From the human T2T-CHM13v2.0 reference genome, Homo sapiens: a DNA stretch of 64,000 nucleotides. Positions 56,905 through 64,000 of the stretch are shown here, one piece after another. The notes beneath the pieces were generated by a model. The model was not told the origin of the DNA, made no database searches, and was given only the letters and a program-made list of their open reading frames with translations. Location: the NCBI RefSeq assembly GCF_009914755.1, contig NC_060930.1; one strand, given 5' to 3'. Each line of letters starts with the position of its first letter. Within the stretch, counting starts at the first letter, position 1. Position numbers and translations under genes: made by a program.

Positions 56905-57689
56905 TCAGGAGTTCAGACCAGCCTGGCCAACATGGTGAAACCCCATCTCTACTAAAAATACAAAAATTTAGCCGGGTGTTGTGGCGTGCGCCTGTAATCC
57001 CAGCCACTCGGGAGGCTGAGGCAGGAGAATTACTTGAACCCTGGAGGCGGAGGTTGCGGTGAGCGGAGAATAGCGCCATTGCACTCCAGCCTGGGTGACA
57101 GAGCAAGACTCTGTCTCAAAAAAAAAAAAAAAAATTTTGTTTAGAGATGGAGGGGGCTTTACTGTGTTACCCAGGCTGGTCTTGAACTCCTGGCCTCCAG
57201 TGATCCTTCTGCTTCCACCTCCCAAAGTGCTAGGATTACAGACCTGAGCCATCGTGCCTAGCCTCATTCATTTAATCCACATAATATCAAACTTCTGAAT
57301 TAAAGTATTATTATCCCATTTTACAGAGAGGTTAAGCAATTTACTCAATTGTCCTACAGTGATGGGCTTTGGAGCCAGGTTTGGCATGTAGAATCAACAT
57401 GCTTAACCACTGTGCTGCGATGCCTGGAGCAGCTGCAGCCATCTTGCAATAATGAAAGAAGGAGCTGGCACCTGAGAATGACTGGAATGAATTTTCCTCC
57501 CTGATGATGTTATTAAGCTGCTGAATTAACCAATCCTGAACCACCTACCTCTGGACTTTTTGTGATGTGTGAAAGATATAAAATTTTCCTTATTGTTTAA
57601 GCTATGTTTACCCCTCAAGTTAAATATCTTTACTATCACTACTTTCTCTACTAACACCCACCTGATGGGGCAACCTTCAATAGCAAACA

Positions 57690-59727
<2,038 letters not shown>

Positions 59728-59759
59728 TTACTGTTGCAAAAGCCTCCCAGAGAGCCTCG

Positions 59760-60060
59760 TCTTCACATTGCTTCCAGATAGATCCAAATCAATGGCCCAA
59801 GGCCATCTGATTAATCTCTCACAGACACTCCTTTCGTCTTCAGTCCAAGGACCTGCTTATCAGGTTAAATTTAAAAGACAACCAGCCTGGTTTTCAAAAT
59901 TGCCTTCAAGAAGAGGCCCCAGCAGCCCTAACCAATTTTATCTCAGCCCTAGCACTCCAGCCCACCTCTGGGCCTTATCACCCACCGCTGGCATCCTGCT
60001 TCTTTCTCCAAATCCAGCCTCTTCCCTTAAGGCCTAGCTCCTGGCCCATCTGTTCCATGA
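59760..60060. promoter_or_regulatory. Candidate erythroid enhancer (GATA/E-box/CACCC cluster) upstream of CCND3
   Basis: WGATAR at 59776-81, 59857-62, 59938-43 and 59975-80; CAGATG E-boxes at 59804-09 and 60047-52; CACCC next to the last GATA; non-repetitive; about 15.7 kb from the CCND3 ATG. Confidence 0.65.
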
Positions 60061-60414
60061 AGCTCGCAGGGTGTGGAATTGAAAGATCACAGAAATTTAG
60101 GGCCAGAAGGATCAATGTCGCTTAAGGGCACGCATCCACTTAATGGTTGTTGTAAAGTATTCTCCTTGTTTCCTGTGAATAAATCCTGTTTTCTCCCAAA
60201 AAAATGGAAATTCCTGAGGGTAGGCACCACATCTTTGTAGTTCCAAAGGTTAACCTGCTGGAAGAGGTACCCTGCATGAAGATGTGTGCTTTGATTCCTG
60301 CCTCTCTGCTCAGGCAATTCCCCTGTTTGGATAGTCTTTCCCAACCTGTTGTCAGCCATTCACAGTTCCAGATTCCTCTCATTGTAGGTTATTTGCTTTT
60401 TCATTTCTATTTAT

Positions 60415-64000
<3,586 letters not shown>

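Overview
This is primate (almost certainly human) genomic DNA, very Alu-rich. I recognise it from the translated exons as the chr6p21.1 MED20-BYSL-CCND3 locus. Three complete protein-coding genes can be spliced by hand with canonical GT-AG junctions. MED20 is on the minus strand (4 exons, 639 nt, 212 aa), BYSL/bystin on the plus strand (7 exons, 1314 nt, 437 aa) and CCND3/cyclin D3 on the minus strand (5 exons, 879 nt, 292 aa). MED20 and BYSL are head-to-head across a CpG-island promoter with ATGs about 545 bp apart. BYSL and CCND3 are tail-to-tail. The remainder is introns and intergenic or upstream DNA filled with Alu, MIR, L2, old L1, DNA-transposon and LTR relics; nearly all other ORFs in the track are Alu translation artefacts. 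I see no evidence for a new multi-gene system. The most interesting details are: (1) all six BYSL acceptors are TAG, predicting U2AF1-S34F sensitivity; (2) a pristine AluYb8 with a perfect 16-bp TSD is nested in another Alu; (3) there is a tailless 5S rRNA retro-fragment with a TSD and a Y1 RNA retrocopy; (4) a GATA/E-box/CACCC cluster about 15.7 kb upstream of CCND3 fits the known erythroid enhancer; (5) reciprocal poly(A) signals lie at the convergent BYSL/CCND3 ends; (6) Alu orientation flips at the bidirectional promoter. Repeat subfamily names and boundaries come from recalled consensus sequences and are approximate.
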